Source: Gammaproteobacteria bacterium
Lineage (GTDB): Bacteria > Pseudomonadota > Gammaproteobacteria > JBCCGL01
Assembly (NCBI GenBank): GCA_965277715.1
Contig: OZ255836.1
Coordinates: 1,920,001 to 1,984,000, forward strand
DNA: 64,000 nt
Direction of reading: 5' to 3'
Shown here piece after piece: positions 50,786-62,740 of the stretch. The translations under genes were made by a program, and so were the position numbers. The notes below the pieces were generated by a model. That model saw only the letters and a list, made by a program, of their open reading frames with translations. It was not told the DNA's origin and made no database searches. Numbering within the stretch: the stretch's first letter is position 1; each line of letters opens with the position of its first letter.

Positions 50786-53700
50786 CTAATCGGCAAAGTC
50801 ATAGGTGATGATGTACTGGCTGGGCGTCGTGCCAATGGCATGGGGTGCGTTGAGGGTCAAGTGTAAACTGCCATTATCATTGTTGTACTTGCCAGACCCC
50901 AGCAATGTTTCACCGAGTACGCTGCCATCAGCGTTGTTATCGGTATAGAGTTTGACACTGGCCACTTCGACCGCATCATCACCGCTGCCGTCGGCTTGCA
51001 GCGTCAATGCGTCGATAACCAGATTACCGGAGTCTGCCACCAGGGTGAACACCAGCACGGCCACGTTGCTATCACCCCGGCTCGCGACACTCACACCGGT
51101 TCCCGCACTTGAAGTGGCCACGGTAAGGTTGGAGGTAATCGCTGTCTGTACCGTGACAGGATCGACAATGATGCCATTGGCCAACCCATCGGCATCGTTG
51201 GTGCCACCGTCCTGTATTTGCAACTGCAAACACCAATGCCCGACGGGCAGTAAACCTGTACTGGGGATTTCCTGGTACTGGGCGTCGTTAACCACCGGGC
51301 AGACACCCTGCGGATCACTACTCACGGCGGTGAACAGCCGGTTGTTGGCATCCAGGGTAAACGCACGCCAACCGTTGACAGCATCGTATTTACGCAGACG
51401 CGCCCCCGCAGGTGTCGGCGCATCCAGCGGCAATACAAGCCGAATTGATGCCCCCACCTCCGGCAGGTTGCCCGCTTCATAGTCGAACAGTGCAGCGGCG
51501 GTGTTAAAGTCACCCACATTCGTTTGCGCCTCGGTCGGTAGTTGGGTAAACATCAGCGCCGCCGCCGCACCCTGTTGTAGCGCGAGATCACCTAAACGCA
51601 GCGCGATACCGCTCTCGGCGACCATTATCTGGTTTCCGCCGCTGGCGATATTGCTCTGCAATACTTCAGGCGGCAGGCCTGGGTTATCATTACTATCGGC
51701 AATGCCGTCGCCATCGGCGTCAGCAACCGCCGTATCACCCGCGATAATCCGCAACATCCGCACAACGGTGGTGGTAGCCACGCCATCACTGACGCGCACG
51801 CTGACATTGTAATTCCCCGCACTGAGGGCAGCGGGGTCAAACGTGAGGCTGGGCTGGGTGGTATCCACTGCAAAAATCAGCGCACTGCTGGATGCCGACC
51901 AGTCGTAGCTGAGCGTTTGGCCCGCGTTGGGATCGTCGGCATTCGCCTCCACACGCACCACACCACCACCGATGGTAAGCTGCGAAACACGCGTGCCGCC
52001 CTGGGTTATTATCGGGTTAATCCGTGGCGGTACGTTTTCAACCACAACCGTTACTTTGTGGGTCGGTGTGCCGGTTGGCCGGGCATTGCTGGGGGTGCCC
52101 ATAGAAAATTCGATGGTGCTGCGATCAGCGGCGGTGTTGTTAACAGTGAAACGAACTGAACCAGTTAAACCCTCTGTAATTGTAATGGTGCCATCTACCG
52201 CATTGTGATCGATGGGTGCAATCGTCGTTGAGGTGTTGTCGATGGTGAACGGTACGCTTACCGGGTAGGTCACAGCAGGGCCACTCAGATTCGCCCGCAA
52301 ATCAAAATGACGGCCATTGCCAACGACCTGATCGACAGCAAAATCCACTCGGGGAGTAATATTGACGGTCAATGGCTCATCGACCGTATTACCGCCACGA
52401 TCAGTCACCGACAAAACCAGCGTGTGTGAACCAGACAACAGGCTGAACGGCTCTGGTTGCCCACTTTGATCGTTGGCCAATGGTTTGCCATCGACACGCA
52501 TCGCCATCGTTAACGATGTAGCATCACGCATCGTCATGCCTATATCCTGCATACTGAGCGGTGTCAGTACACTTTTGGCATCGATGTTAATCGGGTTCTG
52601 CGCAAAGCTTACCGAGGGCGGTTGTGTATCCTCAACGGTCACTATCTGGTTAGCGCTGGCACTGTTGCCACTGCTGTCAGTCACACGCCATACCACAACC
52701 GTCTCACCGAGAGGGAATGGCCCGGTGGTGCTCGGCAGGGGGATTAACCCACCCTCAACTGCATCAGTGGCGGTGGTGATGCCCAATGGAACCGCATTTA
52801 AATCCGCCGAGGCCTCCCAACGAATATCATCGGCGACGACCAGAACGGGGGCGAGGGTATCGACCAGCGCAATCTGTTGCGTGGCCGTGCCTGTATTGCC
52901 TGCACTGTCGGTGGCAGACCAGGTGACGAGGCCGCTACCGACGGGGTAGGTCTCACCAATGGCAGGTGTCGCGGTCACTGTACCATCCACCAGGTCGATG
53001 GCACTGGCCACGCCTAGCTGCGCTGCGTTTAGCGTGGTTTGTAACGCGCTGGCCTCCAGGGTGACAGCCGCTGGCGCGGTCACTACCGGCGCAAGGGTAT
53101 CCACTACGGTTATACGCTGGGTGGCTGTACCTGTGTTACCCAGTGCATCACTGGCAGACCAGACTATCTCACTCGTGCCGAGTGGAAATGGGCCGGTGGT
53201 ACTGGGTGTCACGGTGCCAATGGCGCCATCGTTGGCGTCCTCAGCGCTGGCCGTGCCCAAATCATCAATGGCTGTGGTGGCGCCAGCCGCTTCTACACTG
53301 GCAATATCGGCCGGTGGAAAAACAACCGGGGGGACGGTGTCTTTGGTGACGCTGACGGTCACCCGATCAACCCCTATTGCCTGGCCATCGGCATGTTCTG
53401 CACGCAAGCGCACCACACCATCGGGGACGCCGGAGAGATTCACACCAGAGACAAGCCAGGCACCATTGGTGCAGTGAGTAGAGGCGGCGATGCCACCTAT
53501 GTCGACCTGTACCGCCTCACCGTTAAACGAACAACTGCCACCGGCCGAATAACGCGCCTGATTAGTGGGGCCGATAGTGGTGCCGACAATACTGACCGCA
53601 GGCACCAGGGCGCGGTTGATGCCGATGGTATAGGTCTGCCGGGTGGTCGCATTCACAGCCGTAACAATCACTTGTAGGGTGTTTTGCCCAGCTTGTAAAT

Positions 53701-56700
53701 TGACTGGCGCACCCGCAGCCAATGCCACATCATTGATAAGCACACTACGCTCAGCAGCCGGGTTGGTGGCTGTGGCGATTAGCTGCACACTGCTGACAGA
53801 AGCGAGCACACTGGCAGAATAGGCCAATACATCGCTGGCAAAAACAGGGGTGAGCGTAACGCCATCGATAGCCAGTGCGCTCAGCGTGGCATCGGCTAAA
53901 GCCGGGTCGACCACTGTGCTGGATTGGTTGGAGATATGCAGAGCATAATTGTCCCCCGAGCGGATGCCAGAATCGGTAAAGCGACTGACTTTGACGGTGT
54001 AAGTCCCCGTTTGAGAAAAATCGTGCACCAGAAACGCATCAAACAGGTGCGTGCTTCCCCCCTGTCCGTTGCTGATAGCGGCATCATCGTTACTGGCAAC
54101 CAGGTTGCCAGCGGTATCGTAAACCCGTAAATAGGTATTGATGTGCCCACTGCCACCGGCACCATTATCGATATCAAAGATACTGCGGGAGGGTACGCTG
54201 TCGACACTAAAACTGAAGTAGTCATAACTGCCATCCCCCGTGCCGGCAATACTGACATGCGGTATCGAGGTGGAGGTATTGCTGGTTTGATCACCGATAT
54301 TGCCGGAATAACTGCGCGTAAACAGGCCATCGATGTCTTGCGCCTGTTCCAGGCTGTCGTTTGGCTCAACTTCGATAATAGAACGTATATTGGGATCGGC
54401 GCTATTCTGGTATTCCTGTACATTGCTTACGCCATCATTATCGGGGTCTGCGGCACTGTCATCGAGCAGCGGATTGAGCCTGTGCAACACTTCCCAACCA
54501 TCGGGCATTGCATCGCTATCGGTATCGGCCAGCAGTGGGTTGGTCGCATGGGTGTTGACCTCAACCCCATCGCTTAGCGTATCCGCATCGGTATCGGCCA
54601 CCATTGGGTTTGTCGAATGGCTATCCACTTCCGCCGCATCCAGCAGGCCATCGGCATCGGAGTCACTGTTATTGGCCAGTGTGCCCAGTTGTAACTCGCG
54701 CAGGTTACTCAACCGATCGAGGTCGGCATCGTCCGTAGCGTCGTCAACTGCGGGATTTAAACCAAAATAACGCTCCCAGTCGTCAGGCAGGCCATCACTA
54801 TCCTGGTCGACAATAGCGCAGAGCGTGCCTGTGCCTCTCTGGGTGGCGATGCTGTTGAGCCAATTGGAAAATAATGGCGTATCGGGTGTGCAGACAGATG
54901 TGCTGTGAAAATGCAGCGTCTCAAGCGATTCAAGCCGCATCAGGCTGTAGGGGAGCGCCCCCGTCAATTGGTTAGCGCCTAGGTAGATCGCCGTTAAATC
55001 GACCAGTGCCCCCAGCTCAGTGGGAATACCGCCGCTAAGCTGGTTAGACCCAAGATTGAGTAAACGCAGGTGGTTGAGGTTTTGCAAGGCAGTGGGAATG
55101 CCACCGCTCAGTTGGTTATTAAACAAATTCAGGCCGGTGACATGGCCCGCTTCACACGCCACTAAATCCCAACTACATGGCGTGTCGCTGACCAGCCAAT
55201 TATCGTTGGACGCCCAGTGCTCGCCATCGGCCTGTCGGTATAGCGCTACCAGTGCCTGACACTCTGCCAACGGGATTTCTGTCACGCTATTGAGCTGGCA
55301 AAAACCAAGCGGTGCCGATTCGCTATCATTAGGATCAGAATTGCCTTGGTACTCTTCGCGGTTGGAGTAGCCATCGTTGTCGCTATCGACACTGGCATCG
55401 GCTGCACTCAGCGGGTCGAGGTTGTGTTCTATTTCCCAGACATCACTCATGCCGTCGTTATCGTCATCCAGATCACAGGCATTGCCCGCACCATCCAGAT
55501 CGCTATCGATTTGATCGGGGTTGGCAATATCGGGGCAGTTATCATTTAAATCGGGGGTGCCATCTGTATCCGAATCGAGATCAATCACAACATTGTGTTG
55601 GTTGGAAATATGCAGATCGTATGTCGCCCCTTGGGTTACAGGGCTATCCGGGTAGCGGCTGACCTTCACCCGGTAGACGCCGGGTTGTGTAAACGTGTGC
55701 AGTAAAAATGAATCAAGTGGGCTGACACTGCCGCCCTGCCCGTAGTTGATCGAGGCATCGTCATTACTGGCAACCAGGTTGCCCGCCGCATCATAAACCC
55801 GTATATAGGTATCGACACTGTCGCCACCGTTGCCGAACTCGGCACCGTTATCAACATCAAAAATGGCTTGTGAAGGCGCCTGAGCCACAGTAAAACTAAA
55901 GTAATCATAGGTGTCGTCACCACTGCCTAAGATACTGACATGCGGGATCAGCGTGGAGGTATTGGTGTTGGTATCACCAATATTTTCCGAAAAACTCAAG
56001 CTGAATAGGCCATCAATATTTTGTGCCTGGTCAAGGCTGTTATTGGGCTCGGTATCACGGGTTATCGGTATGCGCGGGTTAGAGCCATCCTGGTACTCCT
56101 GCAAATTGCTCAGGCCGTCACTGTCCAGGTCGCCAGCACTGTCATCGAGTAAGGGGTCGAGTTGATACGTGACTTCCCAACCATCCGCCATACCATCACT
56201 GTCGGTATCATTTGACAGGGGGTTAGTTGCGTGCGTATTGACTTCATCGCCATCGTTCAGAGCATCGCTATCGGTATCGACCTGGGCGGGGTTGGTGTTG
56301 TGGGTATTTACCTCCGCGCCATCCGTCAGGCCATCGCTGTCTGAATCACTGTTATTTGGCTGTGTACCCCGTTGGAATTCCTGCAGGTTGCTCAGGCCAT
56401 CCCGATCGGCATCGAGATCGCCCTCACCATTGTTGGCGATCGCATCAAAACCAAAATCTACCTCATATCCATCGCTCATGCCGTCATTATCGGTATCGGC
56501 ATTCAGTGGGTTGGTCTGGTGTGTATTGACTTCAGCACCATCGTTCAAACCATCGGCATCTGTGTCGGCGTTTAGCGGGTTGGTGGTGTGCGTGTTAATT
56601 TCAGCACCATCATTCAAGCCATCGCTGTCACTGTCGGCCTGGGTGGGGTTGGTGCCATGCGTGTTAACTTCAGCGCCATCGTTCAACCCATCGATATCCG

Positions 56701-58630
56701 TATCGGGGTTATTCGGCAGCGTATTCTGCAGGTACTCGTTGTAGTTGCCCAGGCCATCATTATCGGGATCACCGGTTGCATCACTGGCGTCATCCGGGTC
56801 CAGGCCATATTGAATTTCCCAGCTATCGGGGATTCCATCACCGTCCTGGTCAACCACCGGCAGCGAGCCGCAATCGACACCCACTGTTTTAAACACATTG
56901 TCCACTTGTACCACGTTATAGCGCAAGTCATTGGCGGCGTTCAGTACACCACAGGCGCCGGTGTTATACGTGGTATCAGACACCCAATAATGCCTATTGG
57001 CATGAGCAAATACTTCAAAGGACCTGCGCACCCCCCAGCCATCGGTATTGGCCAGTAGATAAAACGCACGATTGTAGACACCGCTGCTGTAATGGACATC
57101 AATACCGGCATAGTAATCACTGGCATGGCCGATCGACTGCCCATCCTGGGTGGGGTCTTGAAAGTACCGCAGTGCGCCCTGTGTGCGCGTGATGTCAGCC
57201 CCAACCATCCAGTCAGCACTGCCTTTCCAGTAAAACTCGGCGGCTTCCCCGGCAATATCGGAGAATGCCTCATTAATCCCGCCCGATTGGTCCCGGTAAA
57301 TCAAATTGGAGTTTTGCTCAGTAAAACCGTGCGCTACTTCGTGAGCCGACACGTTGACATCCACCAATGGGTAAAAGGTGGTATTACCATCACCAAATGT
57401 CATCTCGCTGCCATTCCAGAAGGCATTTTCATAATTTGTCCCGTAATGCACCCGCATCACCAACTGAAACGACAAAGGGGATACACCCACCCAGTCGTTA
57501 AACATATCGAAGGTGAGTTTGCCAAAGAAGTGCGCATCGTTCAGTGGTGAGAATGCGCCATTGATTTCCTTGGCGGTATTTTCCGGGCAGGTGAATGTAT
57601 GGATACTGCCACCGGCGGTCCCGTGATTCAGATTGATGGTGCGCACATTGTCATTTTCCATTGTGCACTGGTTGCCTTCCTGGCCGACATCCATCGGGGA
57701 GTAGTCACTGCCGTAGTCGTATCGTCCGGTTTTCTGATTACCCCCCGGGCCGGTGGCGTCGGCAAACGCGAGGCCCTCCCACTGTTTAATGATGACACCA
57801 TTTAACGCGTTAATAATAAAGAACGGGCGCGCCGCAAAACCACCCGCTTTGTCAGCGAAATAGCTCACCACATAGGCTTTAACCACCTGCTCTGAATCCG
57901 CGTAGATAACCGTTTCAATGCGCTCGTGCTGAATAGCCCAGCCACTCTCGTGCTGTTGGCTGCCCTGTGCTATTTGCAGTGCTGTCTGTGCGGGCAAACC
58001 CTCTTCCCGATTACTCAGGGCTGCACTGAGTTTTATACCATCCAACCCGGTGAGCAGATTGCCATTGGCGCGGGTAAATAACCCCTGGCGATTCCGGTGA
58101 ACCACCAGCTCCCCGCCCCACACCGGGATTGATTGAAAAAGCTGGCGGTAGCGGATGTGCTGGTTTTCGTTTTTATCCCGGTTATTTGAGACCAGGGCCA
58201 ATTGATGCGCATCCCCCAGGCCTAAAAAAGTGAGTATATCCTGTGTGCTGATATCGCCATTGCCACCCACCTGACGGCGGACACTCAACCAATCAATACG
58301 GCTCACGTCGGTAAAAAGACCTGCCGTTGCCGATCCACCACCTGAGCCGGTTGATGTGGTTGCAGATGAACGGGGGGTGGCCTGCTGCCGGTTTCCCGTC
58401 GTGTTCTGGCTCTGGCCACCAAGCATGGATGTATTGGGCAGGTATTTTTGACTCTCCGCCTCATTGGACGCCGTGTCGCTATAAGCCGGTTGTACTGCGG
58501 CGGTGTCTGAATGTGTATCTGCAGTGGTTGCAGTTTGCCGATCGTACAGAAACAGCAGCGCTGCCAGACAAACCAGTAAAAAAACAGCAAAAATAACGTG
58601 TTTTGAATACAGTTTATTAAAGATTTTCAT
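50786..58630 (-). CDS. Giant multidomain M4 (thermolysin/LasB-type) metalloprotease-adhesin
   Basis: FTP and PepSY propeptide, mature start [38 protein letters not shown]; then DxDxDG repeats, two PPC-like domains, LRRs and Ig/HYR-like domains; ATG 58630 preferred (track start 58657). Confidence 0.9.
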   Translation of the reverse strand: MKIFNKLYSKHVIFAVFLLVCLAALLFLYDRQTATTADTHSDTAAVQPAYSDTASNEAESQKYLPNTSMLGGQSQNTTGNRQQATPRSSATTSTGSGGGSATAGLFTDVSRIDWLSVRRQVGGNGDISTQDILTFLGLGDAHQLALVSNNRDKNENQHIRYRQLFQSIPVWGGELVVHRNRQGLFTRANGNLLTGLDGIKLSAALSNREEGLPAQTALQIAQGSQQHESGWAIQHERIETVIYADSEQVVKAYVVSYFADKAGGFAARPFFIINALNGVIIKQWEGLAFADATGPGGNQKTGRYDYGSDYSPMDVGQEGNQCTMENDNVRTINLNHGTAGGSIHTFTCPENTAKEINGAFSPLNDAHFFGKLTFDMFNDWVGVSPLSFQLVMRVHYGTNYENAFWNGSEMTFGDGNTTFYPLVDVNVSAHEVAHGFTEQNSNLIYRDQSGGINEAFSDIAGEAAEFYWKGSADWMVGADITRTQGALRYFQDPTQDGQSIGHASDYYAGIDVHYSSGVYNRAFYLLANTDGWGVRRSFEVFAHANRHYWVSDTTYNTGACGVLNAANDLRYNVVQVDNVFKTVGVDCGSLPVVDQDGDGIPDSWEIQYGLDPDDASDATGDPDNDGLGNYNEYLQNTLPNNPDTDIDGLNDGAEVNTHGTNPTQADSDSDGLNDGAEINTHTTNPLNADTDADGLNDGAEVNTHQTNPLNADTDNDGMSDGYEVDFGFDAIANNGEGDLDADRDGLSNLQEFQRGTQPNNSDSDSDGLTDGAEVNTHNTNPAQVDTDSDALNDGDEVNTHATNPLSNDTDSDGMADGWEVTYQLDPLLDDSAGDLDSDGLSNLQEYQDGSNPRIPITRDTEPNNSLDQAQNIDGLFSLSFSENIGDTNTNTSTLIPHVSILGSGDDTYDYFSFTVAQAPSQAIFDVDNGAEFGNGGDSVDTYIRVYDAAGNLVASNDDASINYGQGGSVSPLDSFLLHTFTQPGVYRVKVSRYPDSPVTQGATYDLHISNQHNVVIDLDSDTDGTPDLNDNCPDIANPDQIDSDLDGAGNACDLDDDNDGMSDVWEIEHNLDPLSAADASVDSDNDGYSNREEYQGNSDPNDSESAPLGFCQLNSVTEIPLAECQALVALYRQADGEHWASNDNWLVSDTPCSWDLVACEAGHVTGLNLFNNQLSGGIPTALQNLNHLRLLNLGSNQLSGGIPTELGALVDLTAIYLGANQLTGALPYSLMRLESLETLHFHSTSVCTPDTPLFSNWLNSIATQRGTGTLCAIVDQDSDGLPDDWERYFGLNPAVDDATDDADLDRLSNLRELQLGTLANNSDSDADGLLDAAEVDSHSTNPMVADTDADTLSDGVEVNTHATNPLLADTDSDAMPDGWEVLHRLNPLLDDSAADPDNDGVSNVQEYQNSADPNIRSIIEVEPNDSLEQAQDIDGLFTRSYSGNIGDQTSNTSTSIPHVSIAGTGDGSYDYFSFSVDSVPSRSIFDIDNGAGGSGHINTYLRVYDTAGNLVASNDDAAISNGQGGSTHLFDAFLVHDFSQTGTYTVKVSRFTDSGIRSGDNYALHISNQSSTVVDPALADATLSALAIDGVTLTPVFASDVLAYSASVLASVSSVQLIATATNPAAERSVLINDVALAAGAPVNLQAGQNTLQVIVTAVNATTRQTYTIGINRALVPAVSIVGTTIGPTNQARYSAGGSCSFNGEAVQVDIGGIAASTHCTNGAWLVSGVNLSGVPDGVVRLRAEHADGQAIGVDRVTVSVTKDTVPPVVFPPADIASVEAAGATTAIDDLGTASAEDANDGAIGTVTPSTTGPFPLGTSEIVWSASDALGNTGTATQRITVVDTLAPVVTAPAAVTLEASALQTTLNAAQLGVASAIDLVDGTVTATPAIGETYPVGSGLVTWSATDSAGNTGTATQQIALVDTLAPVLVVADDIRWEASADLNAVPLGITTATDAVEGGLIPLPSTTGPFPLGETVVVWRVTDSSGNSASANQIVTVEDTQPPSVSFAQNPINIDAKSVLTPLSMQDIGMTMRDATSLTMAMRVDGKPLANDQSGQPEPFSLLSGSHTLVLSVTDRGGNTVDEPLTVNITPRVDFAVDQVVGNGRHFDLRANLSGPAVTYPVSVPFTIDNTSTTIAPIDHNAVDGTITITEGLTGSVRFTVNNTAADRSTIEFSMGTPSNARPTGTPTHKVTVVVENVPPRINPIITQGGTRVSQLTIGGGVVRVEANADDPNAGQTLSYDWSASSSALIFAVDTTQPSLTFDPAALSAGNYNVSVRVSDGVATTTVVRMLRIIAGDTAVADADGDGIADSNDNPGLPPEVLQSNIASGGNQIMVAESGIALRLGDLALQQGAAAALMFTQLPTEAQTNVGDFNTAAALFDYEAGNLPEVGASIRLVLPLDAPTPAGARLRKYDAVNGWRAFTLDANNRLFTAVSSDPQGVCPVVNDAQYQEIPSTGLLPVGHWCLQLQIQDGGTNDADGLANGIIVDPVTVQTAITSNLTVATSSAGTGVSVASRGDSNVAVLVFTLVADSGNLVIDALTLQADGSGDDAVEVASVKLYTDNNADGSVLGETLLGSGKYNNDNGSLHLTLNAPHAIGTTPSQYIITYDFAD
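56440..56710 (-). repeat. Intragenic 69-nt (23-aa) tandem repeats, TSP3-like Ca-binding type (approximate bounds)
   Basis: [46 protein letters not shown] and related units. Confidence 0.8.
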
Positions 58631-59085
58631 AAACAACTGTTTCCACTCCGCACTCAATAAAACAGCACCAACGGTGTACTACATCATTGTCGATAGCGTT
58701 TAGCCTCTAAGTCAGTAAACAAACGGCTGGTGTGATAAGTGACGGCTGGCGTCGCCGTGTATTGATATAACAGTTAGAAGAAAGCACTGTGGTTATAGCG
58801 ACCACTGTCGCCCGTCCTTTAATAATTTTTTGACCTGTTTTTGTTGACTTGAATGTGATTGCACCGTTTCATAGTGGTTATTGAAATTACGGTTAGTGAT
58901 TAATGTCCATATTCAGTCGTTTGCACATCACTGTTAAGGCATTGCTGTTAAGTCTGATTGTATGGCAGATACCCGCCGGTATCGCCGATACGTCCACCGC
59001 CCCCGCTCCCTACGCGGCTACCCCTGAGCAGATAACTGACGCGAATTGAGCACCCATCACCCCCAACCACTTTGTGAAACCCGCT

Positions 59086-59856
59086 ATGACCGACCAAACC
59101 GTTATTCGATTTGAACCCCATGGGCCAGCCGATACCGGTATGCCTGAATGGGAAACAATTCCACAGGATATTCTGATCTCCAACAGCCCGGTGCAATCGG
59201 GTCACGAATACTTTAACCGGGCCGATGGCACATCCGCCGGTGTTTGGGACTGCACGGCCGTCGAGTACAAATTTGCCCCTTACGATGTCAATGAATTTAT
59301 GCTGGTTCTGGAAGGTTCTATCGATATTATCGATAAACAGGGCCATGTCGAAACGTTTTCTGCCGGTGATGCGTTTATTCTCCCCAAGGGTACACCCTGC
59401 ACCTGGAGGCAGACCGGCTATGTTAGAAAATATTATGTGATCTTTGATACACCCCGTATAGAAACGCAATCCACCGCTATCGATTTAAAACCGATACGGG
59501 TGGACCTGTCTGCCCCTCTGCCTGCTGTTGGGCAGCAGGATGCATCACAGTACCTTAGCGATGTGCCAGAAATGCACTTACTGTCTTTATTCAAAGACAA
59601 CACCGCACAGTTTGAAGTGGGCGTTTGGGATTGCACACCGATGCAGCGGATGCCCGCGACGATTGCGCGTAGCGAATTAATGCATATCCTCGAAGGCAAA
59701 GGCAGTATTACCAACGCCGATGGCGTGGCATTTGCCTTTGAAGCGGGCGACACTTTTTTGGTGCCTATCGGTATGGGATATCAGTGGCACAATACAGCCT
59801 ACGTAAAAAAGATATTTTGTAGTATCACACCTTCAGACCGTAACACAGGCCAATAA
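59086..59856 (+). CDS. Tandem cupin protein (Cupin_3 / DUF861, EutQ-like)
   Basis: Two repeats of GVWDCT...E.M..LEG....F.AGD.F..P.G...W. Confidence 0.85.
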   Translation: MTDQTVIRFEPHGPADTGMPEWETIPQDILISNSPVQSGHEYFNRADGTSAGVWDCTAVEYKFAPYDVNEFMLVLEGSIDIIDKQGHVETFSAGDAFILPKGTPCTWRQTGYVRKYYVIFDTPRIETQSTAIDLKPIRVDLSAPLPAVGQQDASQYLSDVPEMHLLSLFKDNTAQFEVGVWDCTPMQRMPATIARSELMHILEGKGSITNADGVAFAFEAGDTFLVPIGMGYQWHNTAYVKKIFCSITPSDRNTGQ

Positions 59857-60070
59857 CCCCGGTGTGCGCCACACAAACCGAACAAATTAACCCGACGGCT
59901 GTCAACATTAGCGCAATACTTGACGCAAATCCAAGCGCAGTGACAAATTTCATAGCCATTATTAAAGTCAGCTATAGTTACAGTACTGTTGTGAACCGTA
60001 GCAACTCGACCTGAAAGCTAAAAGCTGATCCGTAAACGGTAAAGTCCACCCGGAAAATCAAGGTATAAAA

Positions 60071-62728
60071 ATGCCAGACCAAAACGATATTGATGCACAG
60101 GAAACACAAGAATGGCTCGACGCCCTGGAAGCGGTTGTCGAAACCGACGGTGTTGAAAGAGCACATTTTTTACTCGAAAAACTGGTTAAAAAATCGCGCC
60201 GCTCAGGGGCCAATCTCCCCTACCGGGCAGACACGTCTTATATCAATACCATCCCGCCACACCGGGAAGTGCGTAGCCCCGGCGACCACGCACTGGAACA
60301 CCGCATTCGCTCACTGATTCGCTGGAACGCCACGGCAATGGTGCTGCGGGCCAATAAAGCCAGCTCAGAGCTGGGCGGGCATATCGCCAGTTTCGCCTCC
60401 TCCGCAACGTTATACGATGTTGGCTTCAACCATTTTTTTCATGCACCCACCACCGATCACGGCGGTGATTTACTGTTTGTTCAGGGCCATGTTGCCCCCG
60501 GTATCTACGCCCGCGCCTTTCTCGAAGGTCGGCTTAGCGAAGAACAGCTCGACAAATTTCGCCAGGAGGCCGACGGCAGCGGCCTATCCTCTTACCCACA
60601 CCCCTGGTTAATGCCGGACTTTTGGCAATTTCCCACGGTATCGATGGGGCTAGGCCCGCTGATGGCGATCTACCAGGCGCGCTTTATGAAATACCTGCAC
60701 GACCGCAGGCTGGCCAATACTGAAAACCGCAAGGTATGGGCCTTTATCGGCGACGGCGAAACCGATGAGCCGGAATCGCTGGGCGCTATTTCACTCGCCG
60801 GGCGCGAAAACCTCGACAATCTGGTCTTCGTCGTCAACTGTAACCTGCAACGCCTCGATGGCCCGGTGCGCGGCAACGGCAAAATTATTCAGGAGCTGGA
60901 AGGGGTTTTTCGCGGTGCAGGCTGGAACGTGATAAAGGTGGTGTGGGGAGCTTACTGGGACCCATTACTGGCCAAAGACAAAGACGGCATGTTGCAAAAA
61001 CTGATGAACGAGACCGTCGACGGCGAATACCAGAACTTCAAAGCCAAAGACGGCGCCTACACCCGCGAGCATTTTTTCGGCAAATACGCCAAAACCCGGG
61101 AAATGGTCGCCACCCTTACCGACCATGATATCTGGCGCCTGAACCGCGGTGGTCACGACCCTCACAAGGTGTACGCCGCCTACCACGAGGCCGTCAACCA
61201 CCGGGGCCAGCCGACCGTCATTCTCGCCAAAACCGTTAAGGGCTACGGCATGGGTGAAGCGGGCGAAGGGCAGAACAAAACCCACTCGCAAAAGAAGATG
61301 GATGTACACTCACTAAAAGCCATGCGCGACCGCTTTCACCTGCCCGTCACCGACGCTCAGGTAGAAAATGCCGAGTACGTGACCCTGCCGCAGGACAGCC
61401 CGGAAATTCAGTATATGAAAGCGCGCCGTGAGGCGCTCGGCGGTTCACTCCCCCAGCGCAAAAACTTCGCTGCACCGCTGCAAGTCCCGCCACTCTCAGC
61501 CTTCAAAGCCCTGCTGGAATCCAGCGGCGACAAAGAGAGCTCCACCACGATGGCGTTTGTGCGCATCCTCACCCTGCTGTGCCGGGATAAAAATGTCGGC
61601 AAAAACATCGTCCCCATTGTGCCCGATGAAGCGCGCACCTTTGGCATGGAAGGCATGTTTCGACAGCTCGGCATCTACTCCTCGCAAGGCCAGAAATACG
61701 AGCCACAGGATAAAGACCAGATTATGTTTTACAAGGAAGACAAAACCGGCCAGATTCTTGAAGAGGGTATCAACGAAGCGGGGGCCATGTCATCCTGGAT
61801 AGCCGCCGCGAGTGCCTACAGCACACACGGCATCAACATGATCCCGTTTTATATTTACTACTCGATGTTTGGCTTTCAGCGCATTGGTGATCTCGCCTGG
61901 GCCGCCGGTGATATGCAGGCACGCGGCTTTCTGATCGGCGCCACAGCGGGGCGCACCACCCTGGCCGGTGAAGGCCTGCAACACCAGGACGGCCACAGCC
62001 TGCTACAGGCGGCAACAATCCCCAACTGCATCGCCTACGATCCCTGCTTTGCCTACGAACTCACCGTGATTATCCACCACGGTATGAAACGCATGGTGCA
62101 GGACCAGGACAATGTGTTCTTCTACATCACCACAATGAACGAAAACTACCCCCACCCCGCCATGCCAAAAGGGGTGGAAGCGAGCATCATCAAAGGCATG
62201 TACCGCTTTGCAGGCAGTAAAAGCAAGGTCAAAAACCGCGTGCAACTGATCGGCTCGGGCACTATTTTTCGCGAAGTCATCGCCGCTGCAGAGCTGTTAA
62301 AAACAGACTGGAAAGTCGCCGCCGATATTTGGAGCGCGCCCGGTATCAACGAGCTGCGCCGCGAAGGCCTGGACTGCGAACGCTGGAATACCCTGCACCC
62401 GGATCAACCGGCGCGCACGCCGTATGTCACACAGTTATTGAAAGACAGCAATGGCCCGGTCATCGCCGCAACCGACTATATGCGCAACTATGCGGATCAA
62501 ATTCGCCAGTTCATCCCCGGCGATTACTATGTGCTGGGCACCGATGGTTATGGCCGCTCTGACACGCGCAAAAACCTGCGCCGGTTTTTTGAGGTAGACC
62601 GCTACTACATTGTCGTCACCGCCCTCAAGGCACTCGCTGATCAGGGCACAATCGACGCTGCCGTGGTGCGACAGGCGATTGTTCAATACGGCATCGATAC
62701 CGATAAACCCAACCCCACAGTAGTATAG
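60071..62728 (+). CDS. aceE: Pyruvate dehydrogenase E1 (homodimeric type)
   Basis: ETQEWL, GGHIASF, SSYPHP, GDGETDEPE, GTDGYGRSD. Confidence 0.98.
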   Translation: MPDQNDIDAQETQEWLDALEAVVETDGVERAHFLLEKLVKKSRRSGANLPYRADTSYINTIPPHREVRSPGDHALEHRIRSLIRWNATAMVLRANKASSELGGHIASFASSATLYDVGFNHFFHAPTTDHGGDLLFVQGHVAPGIYARAFLEGRLSEEQLDKFRQEADGSGLSSYPHPWLMPDFWQFPTVSMGLGPLMAIYQARFMKYLHDRRLANTENRKVWAFIGDGETDEPESLGAISLAGRENLDNLVFVVNCNLQRLDGPVRGNGKIIQELEGVFRGAGWNVIKVVWGAYWDPLLAKDKDGMLQKLMNETVDGEYQNFKAKDGAYTREHFFGKYAKTREMVATLTDHDIWRLNRGGHDPHKVYAAYHEAVNHRGQPTVILAKTVKGYGMGEAGEGQNKTHSQKKMDVHSLKAMRDRFHLPVTDAQVENAEYVTLPQDSPEIQYMKARREALGGSLPQRKNFAAPLQVPPLSAFKALLESSGDKESSTTMAFVRILTLLCRDKNVGKNIVPIVPDEARTFGMEGMFRQLGIYSSQGQKYEPQDKDQIMFYKEDKTGQILEEGINEAGAMSSWIAAASAYSTHGINMIPFYIYYSMFGFQRIGDLAWAAGDMQARGFLIGATAGRTTLAGEGLQHQDGHSLLQAATIPNCIAYDPCFAYELTVIIHHGMKRMVQDQDNVFFYITTMNENYPHPAMPKGVEASIIKGMYRFAGSKSKVKNRVQLIGSGTIFREVIAAAELLKTDWKVAADIWSAPGINELRREGLDCERWNTLHPDQPARTPYVTQLLKDSNGPVIAATDYMRNYADQIRQFIPGDYYVLGTDGYGRSDTRKNLRRFFEVDRYYIVVTALKALADQGTIDAAVVRQAIVQYGIDTDKPNPTVV

Positions 62729-62740
62729 GGAGGCAATAAA

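Noticed and set aside
56200-56720. Periodic DNA repeats as a possible CRISPR array
   Set aside because: They are in-frame, degenerate 23-aa coding repeats with no identical repeats, no unique spacers and no cas genes
58660-59085. Leader peptide or riboswitch in the protease-cupin intergenic region
   Set aside because: Only short ORFs without an RBS and no recognisable RNA motif
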